Below the pieces are notes generated by a model that saw nothing but the letters and a program-made list of their open reading frames with translations, had not been told where the DNA came from and did no database searches. A stretch of 64,000 bases of DNA from Schizochytrium sp. TIO01 (lineage: Eukaryota; Protista; Bigyra: Labyrinthulomycetes), in the NCBI GenBank assembly GCA_004764695.1, contig SMSO01000004.1:496001-560000 (forward strand), read 5' to 3'. Numbering within the stretch: position 1 is the stretch's first letter; every line of letters begins with the position of its first letter. This document shows, piece by piece, positions 14,111-28,313 of this stretch. Made by a program: the position numbers and the translations under genes.

Positions 14111-17100
14111 AATACATAGTAATGGTAGAGTAAGCGCGATTCCTCTTCCTGCAGCGGCAGCTTTCCTGTTATGACCTTGGCAGTAGGCAGTCGGTAGGTG
14201 GTCCTAGAGAGGCGAGAGTCAAAAAGAAAGAAAAGAAAGAAAGAAAGAAAGACTTTACCAGAAGCCGTGGTTTGTACTTGTACATATAAATATTTTTAAA
14301 TATTTAGGTAGGCAAATGGTAATCTTGTTTTCTCTTTAATTAAAGTGAAAATAAATCTTCTGCTCGAGCTCTCAGTCCTCTTCGTAAGCGTGCTGCTCTG
14401 CTGCGCCCTGAAGGCGTTCGCAGACGATGCTCGGCCCCGCCTCTGGGAATGCTCGCTCTGCTGCAGACCGTCAGCGATCTTTCTCTCCTTCGACGCCTTT
14501 TCTGTCACTGCTTCGTGCGTGAGTGAGTGTGACGTGACATTTCTTTCTCTCTGCTTTCTTTCCTCTTTCGCAGTGCTCTGAAGGGCGAGAGTCAAAAAAA
14601 AAAATAAAAAAAATTACCAAACCATGGTTTGTATATTTGATGTGGTTATAAATGTTTTAAATTATATTGAGGAATCGTGAGCTGCCTGTGCAAGCCTTCG
14701 CGAGCTCTGGCGCTACTGCGGGCGGCCGAGAGTCGTGTGCGGCTGCGTGCTGGCCCAGCCTGGCAGTGTTTATCAATTGATTGATTCATTGATTCATTTA
14801 TTTATTTCTGTCTGTATCTGCTGGCAATGACGATGCCACAGAGAGAGAGAGAGAGAGAGCACTATGGGCACCTCCTGAAATCCACAGTTCTCCTGCTTGC
14901 TTATATTACTTACTCGTACTAATGGGGTTACTTGCTGCTTGTTTTCAATGACGTTTTAAGTTTTAAAATGCAATGATGCTCTTTATTATTTTTTATTTTT
15001 TAAATTAAGATAACAAATAATAACAACAACCTTACCTTTTCTTTCTTTCTTTCTTTCTTTCTTTCTTTCAAAATAAAATAAATCGAAGTGAATGAAAATA
15101 ACAAACTCGTCATCCACCGTGTTTAGTATACTACTAAGCCTGAGAGCCCCCTCTTTATGGATGTGGGTACAGCTTTCTTTTTCGCAGATTTCTCTCCTTC
15201 TTTCTTTCTTCGCATCTCGAATGCCTCGCACCTCAGAAGAGCGGCGCTCAAGCAAGCGATTCCAGCATTGCAGCAGGCTCGCTTTGGCCAAAGCAGGCAG
15301 GCAGGCAGGCAGGCTCCCGCTGCCTTATGCTCGGCCGGCTTCGCGAGGCCGGCCACGAGCTAGTTCCCGTGCATCGCGGCGCTTTCCGTTCCATTTCCGC
15401 GGGACACCTCGATCGCTCTCTGCTCTGCATTCATTCGGCTGCGACGTCGTCGTTGAGTCGCCTCTGACACAGACAGACAGACAGCAAGCATAAAACCCCT
15501 CTCTTTCTCGCCAAGTTATGGACGCGCAAAGAAAGCTTGGCAGGCAGGCAGGCAGGCAGTGAGTGAGTGAGTGAGTGAGTGAGTGGCCCAGTTCTGTTCT
15601 TTCTATTCCTTACAGGCATGCATGCATAGATGCATAGACAGACGATCAGCAATCTCAATTCTGATTTCTTGGCAAAGCGCTTTCTTTGACTTTTCAAGTT
15701 ACGTAATGGTTTTCAAAAAAATAAATAAAACGTTTTTGTTTTGTTTTTGTTTTTTTAACTGCGAATGTTGTTAACACATGATAATCTATTTTTTTATTTT
15801 ATTTTTATTCAAAAAGATAATTTTAGAAAAGAAGTAGTGATAGTAGTAATAGTAGTATCTCAGAATTGACAATAACAGGGCCTCAATGGGATGAGGCCTA
15901 GTTCGTCTCCAGAAATGAACATCCTCGCTCGAAGAAATAAATCTGTCTTCTCGTTCCCTGCGATAAAGAAGAAGAAGAAGAAGAAGGAGGAGGCCGAAGA
16001 GCAAGCACTAGCCATAGCTAGCGCCTCGCTCACTACAGCGTGCCCATTTCAATTTCACGGCAGCTCCAGCTGTCCGCTAACAGACAACAGACAGACAGAC
16101 AGACAAACTGACAAGAAAACATGAAAAGCAAACCGTGCTACAAATTTATTTCACGTTTTGCCTGTCTGTAGGCAAGAGAGGGCTTTCGATACTTTGTCGC
16201 CTTTCTGAAGCGGGATAATAAGTAAGAAGAGGCGCCCTTTCCTTCTTCCCTACTTTGAGAGGGCGGCTTTTCTCGCTTATCTATCTACGGTTCCCACGTT
16301 TCACCTGGGCCCACAAAACTCTTTCAGCCTCTTTGTAGCCCCTCTTTCACAGCTCGTACGCCGCCCTTTCTCCACCTTCATCTTTTCTTTTTCTTTTCTT
16401 TTTCCTTTTTCTTTTCTAACTTTGATGACACTAGAGACCTGCTACCTGCGTAGTGTTGAAGGTGTTCGAAGGTTAGTGTTCTGTTCTCTTCCTTCCTGAC
16501 AGCCTTGCGTCATCCTCACAGAGGATGGGCTTAGGAATTCCGTGCTTTTACTTACTTGTTCATTGGAAGGCGAAGGGACAGCTTGAACGAACGAGGAAAT
16601 CATTGGACTCCAAGAAGTTGCCAATGCATGAGGATTGTACTTAGAGCCCAGTGTGCAGTATGGATTTTGAAAGGAGAAGGCACGTATGCGAATGTGCTGA
16701 TGGGCTGCTGACCACACGGGCAATTGAACTGTGTCTTTCATCATTCAGATTCTAAACATGCGTGTCACAATTCCGGTGCGTCATGTTTCCGTTTCCGTCT
16801 CGATATCATTTGATAATTAGGATAATATAATATAGCATCTCTCAAATGATCTCCAAGCTCTACAGACGCAGACTTTCACCATAGTATGTATGCCTAGGTG
16901 TATGTTGAAATGTCCCGTAAGCCCGTTTCTGCTCACCACTTTTGGAATCCATTCAAGATCTTTTGATTTGATCCTCGCCCTTTTTTTTATAAATGTATGC
17001 CACTTCGTCATCATAACCTATCTAGTCGCCTGAGTATTCACTGCTAAAAAAACACACAAGGCCACTGCGATGAAATTTAGTGAGCAGATTAATAAATGAA

Positions 17101-19211
17101 TCAATCAATCAATGCAGGTCTCACCAAATTCGAAGAAGTACGAAAGAGCATTCCACTTCAAACCAATTTTCTTCTTGACTTGAAATCTCCTCCGCCAGAT
17201 CGAACTTCAACCTTGCAGCGTCTAGTGTATCTTGCATTATTAGCCCAATGGGGGTCCTCCTCTGTACTCGCTCGAAAGAGAGAACGGATGGCAAAGCGCC
17301 AGCCAGCGTTAGTAGCATCCTGAGTGGTCGGAGCCATTGATTTCCTCATTCATTCCTTTGGCCCTGAATAGATTCATTTCAATCTCAGATGTGGGCATGT
17401 TGGAGTAGCCTCACAAGTGCGCGTATCCAGTTTAGTTTCCAGAGCATACATAGCATGAAATCGTTCCAGTAGCACAAAGCAATTCTGTCAAAGTCCACCA
17501 AATCAGGCGCAGGCAGCGCCGCCTTAGCTTACCACCAGGATGGGATGATAGCTAGGCTTGCGGCTGTTTCTGCATTGCATTTGAGATTGCGGCACGGGAG
17601 CCCATATTATATTCTAGTCTTGCGCTGATGGTCGTGAACTTATGTGGTGCTTCTGCTGACGTAGTAGGCTCTCTTATCTCGGGCATTCTTCGCACGCGTT
17701 GTCGAATCCCAGACTCGCTTTTTTTTAATCCTGTTCTTTTCTCTCAAATACGGGTAGCTTTTGAAAGTTTCTTTGTTGTCTTCAAGTTTGCATTAAAAAT
17801 ATAATATATATATATATTCTTTTTTAGTTTTAGTTTTAGTTTTAGTTTTAAATTAAGTGATAGCATATACGCCGGATTAAGATAAGAAAACTGAGCATGG
17901 TGCTTTCATTTTAAAGGAAAACTTATTTTTAGTTTCCTATATCTATCTGTTCAAGGTAGATGTGTTTAAAACTAAGTACGTTTTTCCATAAATGAAATAA
18001 ACTTTAGATATTGGGCCACGTATTTGTTACTCTAGAGGAAGCTGGACCTTGGTTATTCTTAAGGATCACGACGACCCAGCGCAGAGTTCGTAGATAGACG
18101 AATTGATCAGCAGGACGGCCTACTGTGAAGCTTCGCTTGCCGATTGTCGTGCTTATTCAGCGTCTTCCTACAATTTATTCAAGCCGTCTTGAACGTCAAA
18201 AGAGGCCATGTTTGCCTGTATTAGAACACAAGGACGTTGATTCCCGGCCAGTGTTTCTTTCTTTTAGTCCCAATTCTTTGCTTTCTCTCTCTTTTTCCTC
18301 TTTCAACTTTTACTTTCCTTTCTTCTTCTGTTTCAAAATGTATCTTTTCAATTTTCATTAATTTTAAAGAATATTGCACGCCGTATTGGCTAAAAGCAGG
18401 ACGAATCCGACTCTTCTGCATCCATCATCAGCAGCGCTATTTCTTCGCTGTGAAATTCGCGTTTGCTGCCTCTCTCTTATGCCCTTATGCGTCTTCAGCA
18501 GAGGCTCTTGCCAGTCCTACGAGGTGGTCGACCAGCCCGCGGCAGCAATAGCGCACATTCATCCACGCGTGCGCACGAACTCAGCGTCTCATACTACGTA
18601 CATCATACTACGTATGTTGCAATTCATACGTACGTTCGTTTCAATTCGCACACTGAATTGGCACTGACCATTTCTGGGATGACAACCGCAGAAGAATGAG
18701 TGAGCAGGCATTGCCAATGAGGCAATCATCTCAGGGTCTGCGACTTCCATTCGTGCGTGCAGCAGGCAGGCCGTCCATTCTTCATAGACCTGCAGTCGGC
18801 AAGACAGCAGAGTGTTTGGTGTGCCTGTAAAATCTGGTGCCGATTGCTTTCTTGATCTTGCAAAATCAGCGTACTGCGCTAAACGTGCTCAAGCACTTGG
18901 CAAAGTCAAAATCAGCGGTGTGTTATCTCAGATACCAAGCAAAGTTGCATTGACGTGGCAGGCCTACTTCAATCATCCAATCGCAAATTCGTGGATGCAT
19001 CTTCAGTTCCCAGATACTACCGATGGGACGTCTTGCAGTCTGTCCTCTTCTTGAAACCGTGGCACACGAGGAGGTTTAGTCCACCCGATTGCAGCCCCGA
19101 AGGAGTTGGAGCTCAGGCACGAATTCATCCCAGTACCAACTGCACAGGAAAGAGGCATGATCGGCCAGCGTGGGGTCAACGTGAGGCGCCTTCACATGGA
19201 TTCTCTTCGTC

Positions 19212-19282
19212 TGTTTGTTTGTTTGTTTGTTTGTTTGTTTGTTTGTTTGTTTGTTTGTTTGTTTGTTTGTTTGTTTGTTTGT
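19212..19282. repeat. (GTTT)n microsatellite
   Basis: Directly visible. Confidence 0.95.
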
Positions 19283-19350
19283 ATGTATATATATTTGTTT
19301 GTGCCAAGTAACGTTTCTCCTTTCCCATCTAATTTTACAAGGTTTTTTAA

Positions 19351-19382
<32 letters not shown>

Positions 19383-22300
19383 GATGAAGAAAGAAGAAAG
19401 CATGTTTTGTTAATTATTTTACTGTAATATATGCTTTACATTTTATTTTAAAAGTAAAGTGACAAAGAAAAGAAATAAACAAGAGAAGAGGAGAATCCGG
19501 CGCTTAGTTTCCCACGGGAGTCCCTCTCTTTTCGTTCGAACAAAACGAAAGCAGAGCAGCAGAGCCCTAGCTCAGCCTCTAGTTACTCTCAACGGTTTAG
19601 AGGCGCTGCGTTAAGGTCTTTTCTGAAGCTTGGATTTAAGAAATAAATTTAAAATATAAAACCAACCCAAAACAATCACTCCAAATTTGAAACTTTGCAC
19701 GAAGGTACCTATATGACGCTTGAGGCGGCACGGCATTGCCGCAAGCACTGCGATCGATGAACGGGGAGACTGTACCTAAGGGCGAGGGCGCGCCCGCACC
19801 GAAGGATCGTCGCTCTCGAGTTGGATCGACCCTCAGTCCTCTTCTTCGCTTCGACACCGTATATTGGCTCCACTCGTGGGTTCATTGCCTGCTGCTTCGA
19901 GATCCATGGTATGTTTGAATGAATGTATCTATGAATGTATGAATGAATGTATGAATGAATGTATGTATGTATGCGGCTCTGCGTTCTTTCTCTGATGGCT
20001 TTGGGCGCAGAACTTTGGCTTCGAACGTGCGGTGGAGGGCTGATGACTTCACCGGCGAGCGTGCGTGTATGTGTGTATGTATGTATGTCTGTGTGTGTGT
20101 GTAGATGAGCATGCATACATGCTTGCTTGCATGGATGGATGGGCCTCTTGCAGAGGAAAGAGCTCTCTGGTCCAATGGAGCTAGCCAGCTTTATCTGCGA
20201 GAACCGCCAAGGACGAGGAGAACGGAGGCGGCGATGACGCTGATGATTTCCGCTCCGTTCAAGGCGAGAAACCTTGGTCCTAGAGTACCCGCTAGGAGCT
20301 GTGCATAGCCTAGGCAGGTTCATTTCCTCTAGCATATGATGTAGAAGTACCGATATTATTATCTAGCTTGTTTTTAAAAGAAACTGTTTTCAATACTGAT
20401 GATGAATTGAATAGCAAGTCTTTTCTCTGACTTCTTTTGCTCCTTTATTTTCATTGGCAAAATAAAAAGAGGCGAGTTAAACTTCTTCTATGGATTTTAT
20501 GAAATTATATTTGTTGGTTTTTTTTTTTAATTTGTTTTTTTCTTTTAAATCTCTTATAAGAATTTGTTTGCTTATTAGCTGTACCAGATAACAGTTTCTA
20601 TTTATTTAAAAAGATTTTTTCATATTTGCTTTTTGTTTAGATAAATTGAAGAAATAAGTATCGCCATATATTTCCTTATCCTCACTCGTTCTCAGGCAGA
20701 CACAGACGTCTCTTGGCGACGCGTGTATAGCGACGCCCATCGTCATTCACTTTTCACATCTGATAAGCTCATTCGTTCAATCATTCATTCATCCCTCCAT
20801 CCGTGTATTTTAATTTAAAATTGACCCATGCACCCTTCCCAAGAAAAGCCGCCCTCCGCAGAAAAAGAGTTCGAAGGAGACAAAGACGCCCTTCACAATG
20901 ATATACAGGTACTCACTCCATCGATGATGAAAAGGAGAGGAAATGCAGCAGCAGCAGCGGCAGCAGCAACAGCAACAACAGCAACGATAATAACAATCAT
21001 GAACTATGGATGTGACTTTCTTTCCTAAGAAGGCCCAACTTAGAGCGACTTCCAATTTCACTGTTTCGCAATCGACTGTTACAGTTCTCAATACAACATA
21101 CACGTATAATCAAAGTTGGTCCAAGTACGCACCTGAGTTAACTAACTAACTAACTAACTGCCTGCCTACATAAGGTACTACTTCTTACCTCCTCGGCTAT
21201 TACGCAGCTATTGTTGATCTAGTCGTGCATCTCTAACTAGCTCTACTTTAGCTAGAGATAGCTCATTTCATTTATCAATGATCTCTAACGGGCTCGTGGG
21301 TCTCTGAGACCGAGAGCTCGGGAAGAGAAGAGGTGCAGCCGCGCTTCAGTGAGGTGGAGCGTCTTCAAGCACAGCTTATAATGTCGGCAGAGTTGCACAA
21401 AGCCAGAACAAAGAACCCCATACAGCTTGGAACTAATAACTGGGCAGTCCGGAAGCTCAGATAAACTCGACGGCATTTCATACTTCAGGAAACCTGGGGC
21501 TTAGAATCGATACGTAGGGTTTGAGATGTTGTGGCTCTCTGCGTGGGCGTGGACGCATGCGTTCCATAGGGTCGGCCTGCCTCTGGGAAAATTGCAAGGA
21601 AACATATATTGGACGCTTCCCTTACATTAATTGCAGCGAATCGGGCACGGTCTGACTTGGTATTTGCTTTCTTGGATGACTTACTACTGCTCTCGTACGA
21701 GCGCTGCGAAATGCAAAACTTGCGCGACAACAGGCTGGAGGCCTGAGCGTAGGACCGCGAGTAAGTAAATATGCACGAGGTGCGGGCAGCACAGTTGAGG
21801 AGGACAATTTGATACCCACCAAGTGCTACAAATGTTCTTGCCAACGACCCATGAGAATCGCGGTTTGGCTGTCTCGAATTATGGAAGCTGCAAAAGGTAT
21901 TTTATGAATTACTCGGTTGTAAGCTAGTAGATAGATAGATACATACATGCATACATATATAGATAGATAGGAAGGTATGTACCTACGAGAGTTGTTGATG
22001 TTATTTATTGTAAGATTTTTCGCCACAAAGGTAGTCTGCAGAAAGTAGTACTTACTATGTACCCAGTGGTAAGCAGACACGAGTCAGATAAAATCTGGAG
22101 CCGCGTTGCGATTCTCCACCTTAGCACAGGCAGTGCATGGATATTAAATTAAATAGGTGATCTATTTAAGGTGGAAATGCAACCGTGCTCTATTTTAAAA
22201 ATAAAAGTCATTGGCTTAGATTTCATGGGGCGCATTCCGACAATTTTCTTTCTTCAACTTGCATGGAAACAATAAACGATCTTTTAAGGAATCTTTGGAT

Positions 22301-25300
22301 TTTGCAAGCAGTACGCTAACCTTCGTCTCGGGATGCTTCAACCTTGGGGAACGTGATCCGAGGATGGCACACAGACTGTGTAACATCTGGCATATCAACT
22401 CATGATTTCTAAACAACGTGTGAGCTGCTAATAAGCAATAAACAGTCTTGAATGTTCAATTTCAAGTAAAATTGCAAAATTTGAAATTCGCGCTTACGTA
22501 AGATGGGGTGTGTATTAGGGAAATATCCCAGGTTTCCCCGTCATCATCATTTCTAAGATATCAATAATAACAATTTACGCCCAGAATTCTAGTCCTGACT
22601 CTTGATTTATCATGAATAATTTTACTATGATCGTGGCCACAGAGGCATACAAGTTCTTATTTTACTTTTCAAGAAATAAGATATCATGAGTACCACCTAT
22701 TACTGTACAATATTCTTATATTCTTTAGTGAAAGATATTTTCAAGTAAGTTATTTAAAAGACACGGTTGAAAGTCAAATCATGTACGATGAATGTTATCG
22801 GACCCTTGATCTTCTCGTAAGCTGTCAGAGTCAGAGTTTGAGATTAACTACATCACTTCACGCAAAATTCCACTTCCACATCATTTGAACAAGAACAGAC
22901 TGCCATGGCAATTTAATTTTAACTCAAAGGAGAAGCATGCGTAGGTCAAAGGATACGACGCAGGTGCAATTTCCTGCATACGCAATACGCCAGATTAGTT
23001 TCACCACAGTTTATGGCCGCATTTCTCGCCGCTTATCAATTCCACCTTGGATATGATATGGTCATTCTGACGTACCACTTTCAAGATCCTAGGCTCAGTC
23101 CCATATCTCCAGGCTGTACCTCTAGAGGTACATTCAGTTGTTTCCGCCCACCGCACGAGACAAACTCGCCAAGCTCCAAGCATGTACTACGCATGCCGAT
23201 CGCGATGCGGCGCTGGCGAAGAGTTTGTTTGGCATGTTGATGCAATTCGCTCCGTGGAATTCATTCCGCTGAGGCCTTTCCGCTCCTCGTCCTAGCTAGT
23301 ACCTAGTAGTGCTTAGGCGACTCCTGCCTCCCTGCCGCCGCTTCAATTCGCGAGACTCGTACGATGCTCCGCGATATCGCATGCATGACGGCGAAGCTCT
23401 CCTGAGAGCCGCACCCTCCCGTTCTGAAGTTCGTCAGCTTCCTCGCTCTCGACTCTCGCTCGCTCGCATGACGCAGTCTAGTTACCTCTGAGGCGCTTGA
23501 TCGCGATGCGCATCGTTGGCCTTCCCAGTCAGGTATGTAATCTGGGCCTCTGTCCCGCGGGACCTCCCTGCTTTTATTTGGAGCGCGGCGGCCTTTCCCT
23601 TTACAAAACGAGGGAGAACTCATTTCTGCGCAACCCTTTATGGGGAGTAGCGGCCCTTAGCATTTCCCTTGGCTGCTTAGCGGGTCCCCACATATTTTTC
23701 TCGGGTTCGAGCCTTCCTCAAATAAGTACGTACTGTCTGTTCTGTTCTGTCTTTCCGTCAGAATTTAGGTAGGTAGAATAAGAATTTTTTTTCTCTACTT
23801 TTGTTTAAATAAAAAGAACAATCAAGTGTATATTTTTGAATTCTTTTTCTCTCTTTTTATTTTAATAAAACAAAATACTATTATTATATTTTCTTCAGTT
23901 TTTTTAATTAAGTGGAAGTGTTTTAGAAAATGCGCAAAAAAAGAAAGAAGTTATTTATTTGGTTTTTTAAAGGTTTTTCAAAGCATGTTTTAAAGTCTAG
24001 GAATGAAATAATGAGGTACTATGCAGATGAATAGGATATATTTTTCTGATTAAAAACTAGTACCCACACTTTTCAGAGTAATGGCACAACCAGGCTCTCA
24101 AGAGATTATGTAGTAAGTCATGCGAGCCGTAGGTAGGTAGTGCGGCATGTTTCGATTTATACCTTATCTCTGTGAACTTTTATAACCAAAAACTCGAGAA
24201 TGATGTGGCAGCGATCTGGTTTTTCGTGCGGATTGACCAACGTCACATATAAACTCTGACAACATCTTTTGTAAGTGTGTAATGTATTTCCTCTTTATTT
24301 GTCGAGTGACTCGAGGTTTGGCTCTTGTGTCAAAAAGTGATCATGGGCTTACAAGTTGCAACGTCACCTGGTCGAAATAACAAAGAGGCATCACCACTAC
24401 TATCGTGAAAGAAGTGCGGTCCCTGGGACTTTGTGGAATGAAATTGGCTCTCACTTCTTGCTCACCCAGAAGATACTGACAAACTACAACATCTATGACG
24501 GGAGGTGAAAATACGCAATACAAGTCACTCACAAGGATGGGAAACAGTATTACAGAATAGGTGACGCATATCTCTTACCTGGTATGAACTAGTTTCTTTG
24601 CTTATTGATACGATCTTTCGCCTGGATCTATCTCCAGAGGCTACAAAAAATTGTAAATTTGACGCGACGAGTATTGTCTGCTGGAATTGGAATATGTAAA
24701 GATAGGTCCTTGCTCATTCTTGTCAAACAGTTTCGTATTTAAAGCAGCGATTGAACCTGGTAAGCTGAAAGATTAACGTGTTGTGCATCTTGAATAGGGG
24801 GGGGGGGAGGGTACAGTCAACTGGAGGAGTGTAAGGGTTATACACAACTTTAGTCAAAGGGTCAAAAGTTAGTTTGCTAATGGTTTTCAATTTGAGGAGG
24901 TTGAGATCTGTAACACAAGTAAAGAAAAAGAAGAAGAGAAACTTAAAATTATCTTACTATGATACTTTTGTTTTCTTTCAAATTTAAAGAAGCAAATTTA
25001 AAGAAGAAATAGGGCGCCTCCTTATCCGCAGGGCGCACCTTCATGTTGTCACACTATAACAGACTGCTGAGTATTGAAGACCCTCCCCTCTCTCCCCCCT
25101 AAAATAAGGGTTTCGCTATCCTTTAAGACTTACGAATCATTCATGAAGTGCCGTAGTCACGCAGAGTCCTAGAGAATAGGGTCTTCCAGCGCCTGGTATA
25201 GTGATGAATCGTTCCCAAGGTAATTCCTAGCCCCCATCCCATACTCACATGCATCTTACTTTGCATGACGATTACCAATAAGTAACATAGGCGAACTAAC

Positions 25301-25559
25301 CCATTTGGTGCTGCTACTGTGCCCTCTGTAACCTTTTCAATAAGTAAATTAAAAATAATTTAGAACAATAGGTACAAATGTCACAAAATTAAGTTGTACG
25401 CTCCAAACGCAAAACTTTATGCATTTGCAACATCACATTGGTAGGTTTGAAAAATGAGAGCAAGAAATCTTTGTATCTAGTAATTGCTTACGCCTCTGGC
25501 AAAATTAATTCGTCAAGATGATACATTTCAGTACTTCCCATATTCAATCACTACTTTGC

Positions 25560-26490
25560 CTCACTCTGGCCGCGCGGGGTCGCGGCATGGGGAAAATGGA
25601 AATCGTCGACGACAGTTATAGTGACTAAGTGCTTATAGTGATGCAATCCTTAAACAGCTGTTTACGTCAAGCTTTTGAGCTATGAACCTTATATACTTGG
25701 GGCCACTGAAGTGTACAACCATTAGATAAACATTTTTGATGTCACAGGAAAAAGTTTGTAATTTCACGCACTTTTGCAGCCTCAAACACCTTGTTGAACC
25801 CATGACATTACCTCAGTACATACAGAGACTGGTGCTTTAATAAACTATTCGTCGATTAGAAAAGGTTCGTGATCCCATGAGGTCGCAACACCATAGAGAG
25901 GATGAGCAAAGCAAAAGCATGCTCATCTAGGGGGGGGGGGGGGGTCCCAGCACGAAAAATCTTTTCGCCTGTACTTTCGCACGTGTTGGAAATATTTTTT
26001 GCCAGTGATGGTTTTCCACATGTGAAAGTTCAATATCAGTTTCGACAAGCTAGTGTCAACATTGGAACTTGATGTTACTCATTCCGGACCATTCCCTCGA
26101 TTTTTATCATTCAAAGCATGAATTCTTTCGTCTCATTTCTTCTATCACACTATCCCATATGATTTAATTTAGTCGAAATTTTCAAATGAAGCTGCTATGG
26201 TGTGCTCAGTAGCAAATTGCCATTTACATGTGGTGGAAATTGACTCTCACACTATTTCGTTTCAAAACAAGTAACAGCTGAGATTACCAGCTATCTCCCT
26301 GGTTTAAATGTAGTCTGTGTACAAATGCTTCCGCATTTTCGGGCCTGGTTGTTTCTCCCTCCCTGTAAAAGAATAATATATGACTTTCAAGAGGTTGGGA
26401 ATTGACCTCATAATCAAAAGGTCCCCATCTCGGCGTAGCAACGGCGCTCATAAAAGACGATGTCCAAAGAGAATGGATAATCAATATCAT
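25560..26490 (-). pseudogene. Possible heavily decayed gene with sulfotransferase-like motif remnants
   Basis: Fragments in different frames on the minus strand, in order: a hydrophobic N-terminal ORF (26490-26284), LILNFHMWKTITG, FAHPLYGV and MPRPRAARV/CRDPAR. They are interrupted by stops, frameshifts and a G15 run. Confidence 0.2.
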
Positions 26491-28281
26491 AAAGACAAGA
26501 TATCACCTTCTGCCTTGATCTGGGAAACATAGAGTACTGCATGTAAGGAGGCAAGAATAGACTTAGTCAACAAAGCCCCTGAAATAGCATTTGTTGGGCA
26601 TGAAGCTAGCAGATGATGTTTTAAGCAGGCCAAATATCGATTGCGCCAGTAGAAAATTACTGCATTGAGGAAATCTAGGGCCCACGTACAACTTTGGTGG
26701 ACTACCGCTTGTCCGACATTGTTCGAATGAGCTCAGCTCTTTCAATGATGAAAGACCACTCACAGCTTTGATTAACTTGAGTGGGACTATGGTGCGGAGA
26801 ATAGCACGATGAATGCCCACTAAGCCCAGGAAATATCAAGTCACAAAGAAGCACTATCATTTGCTTCGTCACGCTGTTCAATTGTATAGAGAGTAAGCTA
26901 AAAGCAGCATGAGCCAGTGCACAAGAAAGATTATGGATCGGTCGGAAGTACGTCTCAAATACGTAAATCACAATTCCCGCACATCATCACAACACTGTGC
27001 CTCGCCTCGAGGCACAACCGCATTTGTGCTTGAAGAACTAAATTCGCACATGAACGACAGAGATTAGGTTCTGGTACCAGCCGGGCAGTGTCTTCTAGCA
27101 CGACTGTATGAGGGATAGGCTTTGACGTAGAATTTAACCCAAGTTATCAGATCCAGAAGAGTAGCCTGTGATCAGTGTGAGCGATGATGCAAAGTATCCG
27201 GGTATGCATTGAATCGTGTTGCGCAACCAATGGCTGCTAGAACATCCAACTATTCCGCCTGTTCTTGCGCCGTTCTTTAGAAACCGAGTTTCTTTACTCC
27301 ATCCGATGCACAACTCGAAGTCTGCTTCAGTCTGGCTGGTTCAAGTGCCTCCAACCAGTCAACCTTTGCACTTCGTGTTGCATGCGTTGCGCTAATTTGG
27401 GTTGTACCAAGTCAGTTTGCGTTGCGCAAATGATTTATTTACCAACTTGAACTTACTTACCAAGAAGGCCTATCTCTAGAGCTAGGTAGCTAAGTTTAGA
27501 AGAAAAAAACAAAACAAAAAAACAAAAACAAAAAAGGCATACATCACCCCTGAGCAATGAATGCAATTATAACCTAATGCTTTGTGCACCAGCATTGCGG
27601 CAGAGCCAGCCAGGCTCCGGGGCCCTAAAGCTGGCTGGGAGTGCAGCCCGGAGTAGCCTGCGGAACCTGCTATGCTGTTCATGTGAAAGAGTAATGCAAT
27701 GAAAGAAATGAAAGTCTCTTCGTCTTCGCAGCTCTGCTCAAGAGTGGCGCAGTGCGCACATTACCAGACCCTGCCCAAACGATGCATTTCTGCAGCACAA
27801 CCCAATTCCTTAATAAATAAGAAATCTTGTGCTCCTCGTTGTCGAGGTTGCGGAGGAAGTCTGACCTGGGCTTTCGATCCAATCTGCCGCTCTCCGACTG
27901 TTGCAGAGCTTGGCCCAAGTGCTCAAGCGCTCAAGTGCCCAAGCGCTCAAACGCCCTGACTTACCATGGTGCTGTACTGTACTGGAGTGGACTGACTGTC
28001 TGTGGCAGCAAGTAAGGACAATTGAATGACACGAGGGATTGGACGCATGAACGAAGGAGTGAATGAATGTAATTTCGCACACCGTAGGCTAAGGCTGCGA
28101 GAGAGGATGCGCTCGAACCACCTTGAGAAGAAGAATCAGGATTGGAGCACGCACCTGTCACCGATCGTCGAGACTGCCGGACCGCCGCGAGCCTCTGCTC
28201 CGTTCAGGCCAAGCCCCCTTGCCCAGATCGTGGCGGCCTGCTCTTCACTGAGGATGTGCGTGCGTTGATTGATTAGATTAC

Positions 28282-28313
<32 letters not shown>

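Noticed and set aside
17821-17850. (TTTTAG)n resembling telomeric repeat
   Set aside because: About five copies, internal and not G-rich; an ordinary microsatellite.
12600-20700. Apparent periodic A/T-rich spikes
   Set aside because: Spacing varies from about 300 to over 1000 bp by eye; no fixed period can be supported without autocorrelation analysis.
23641-23720. GGTTCGA T-loop-like word suggesting a tRNA
   Set aside because: No cloverleaf, acceptor stem or A-box can be formed.
24341-24750. Long plus-strand frame broken by TGA and TAG (possible selenoprotein or pseudogene)
   Set aside because: No start, no redox motif around the TGA, an additional TAG stop, and no SECIS recognised.
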